A stretch of DNA of 24,076 nucleotides from a virus. Taxonomy: Duplodnaviria; Caudoviricetes. This document shows positions 23,804 to 24,076 of the stretch, one piece after another (position 1 is the first letter of the stretch; every line of letters starts with the position of its first letter). The notes below the pieces were generated by a model that searched no databases, was not told the origin of the DNA, and was given only the letters and a program-made list of their open reading frames with translations. The stretch is taken from positions 1 to 24,076 of IMG/VR virus record IMGVR_UViG_3300032295_001488; one strand, given 5' to 3'. The translations under genes were made by a program, and so were the position numbers.

Positions 23804-24033
23804 TTGCCGTCCTCCTTGTAGCAGTCCCAGCCACGGTCTTTCATGTACTTCATGGCGATCTCATGGAAACGATCGCTGTCCACATACATCACGACGGTAT
23901 CGGCTGAATCAACCATTGCTGCGAACTCACAGCAAGAACGCCTCGCCTCGTCACGCTCTCGCAACGCATCAACTAGTTGATTGTTGAGACTCCGAATCAT
24001 TTCGTTCAGGTATTCCCGCTCTTCGTTGCTCAC
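23800..24033 (-). CDS. ERDEARR/GWDCYKE-family small protein, copy 1
   Basis: LRERDEARRSCC...RGWDCYKEDGK; GTG start at 24033 with a GGAGG RBS. Confidence 0.75.
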   Translation of the reverse strand: MSNEEREYLNEMIRSLNNQLVDALRERDEARRSCCEFAAMVDSADTVVMYVDSDRFHEIAMKYMKDRGWDCYKEDGK

Positions 24034-24045
24034 TTGCCGTCCTCC
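23800..24045. repeat. 16-bp direct repeat at consecutive gene junctions
   Basis: TCACTTGCCGTCCTCC at 23800-23815 and 24030-24045 (minus strand GGAGGACGGCAAGTGA). Confidence 0.85.
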
Positions 24046-24076
24046 ATCCAATCCGCTACCGCAAGCAGAGCCTGTG
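24030..24076 (-). CDS. 3' end of an upstream hypothetical gene (truncated by window)
   Basis: Reads ...QALLAVADWMEDGK-stop; the stop overlaps the next GTG. Confidence 0.5.
   Translation of the reverse strand, partial: QALLAVADWMEDGK

Noticed and set aside
23800-24045. Direct repeats considered as a CRISPR array or att sites
   Set aside because: Only two copies 230 bp apart with a gene between them; no cas or integrase gene in the window.

Overview
This window comes from a lytic T4-like myophage. Positions 1-11.5 kb (+ strand) hold the conserved T4-superfamily morphogenesis block: gp17 3' end, gp18, gp19, gp20, four head-region ORFs, gp21, gp22, gp23 and two tandem gp3-like genes, driven by TATAAATA-type late promoters. 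Positions 11.5-24 kb are an accessory region, mostly on the - strand. It has small early genes behind sigma70-type promoters (some leaderless), a GDP-fucose pair (fcl-gmd), a lipoprotein/multi-TM spanin candidate, a holin-like protein, a secreted cohesin+dockerin-like protein and a PEP-CTERM-like protein. The last two point to a Planctomycetota (Phycisphaerales-like) host, which is an inference. The most notable unexplained elements are: (i) a putative late-expressed cell-surface module (PEP-CTERM-like, cohesin-dockerin, GDP-fucose); (ii) an ~86-nt UUCG-rich small RNA with its own promoter and terminator; (iii) three small ORFs absent from the supplied ORF track; (iv) apparent depletion of AGCT, ACGT, CCGG and CGCG. 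All calls come from manual motif recognition; no database searches were run.
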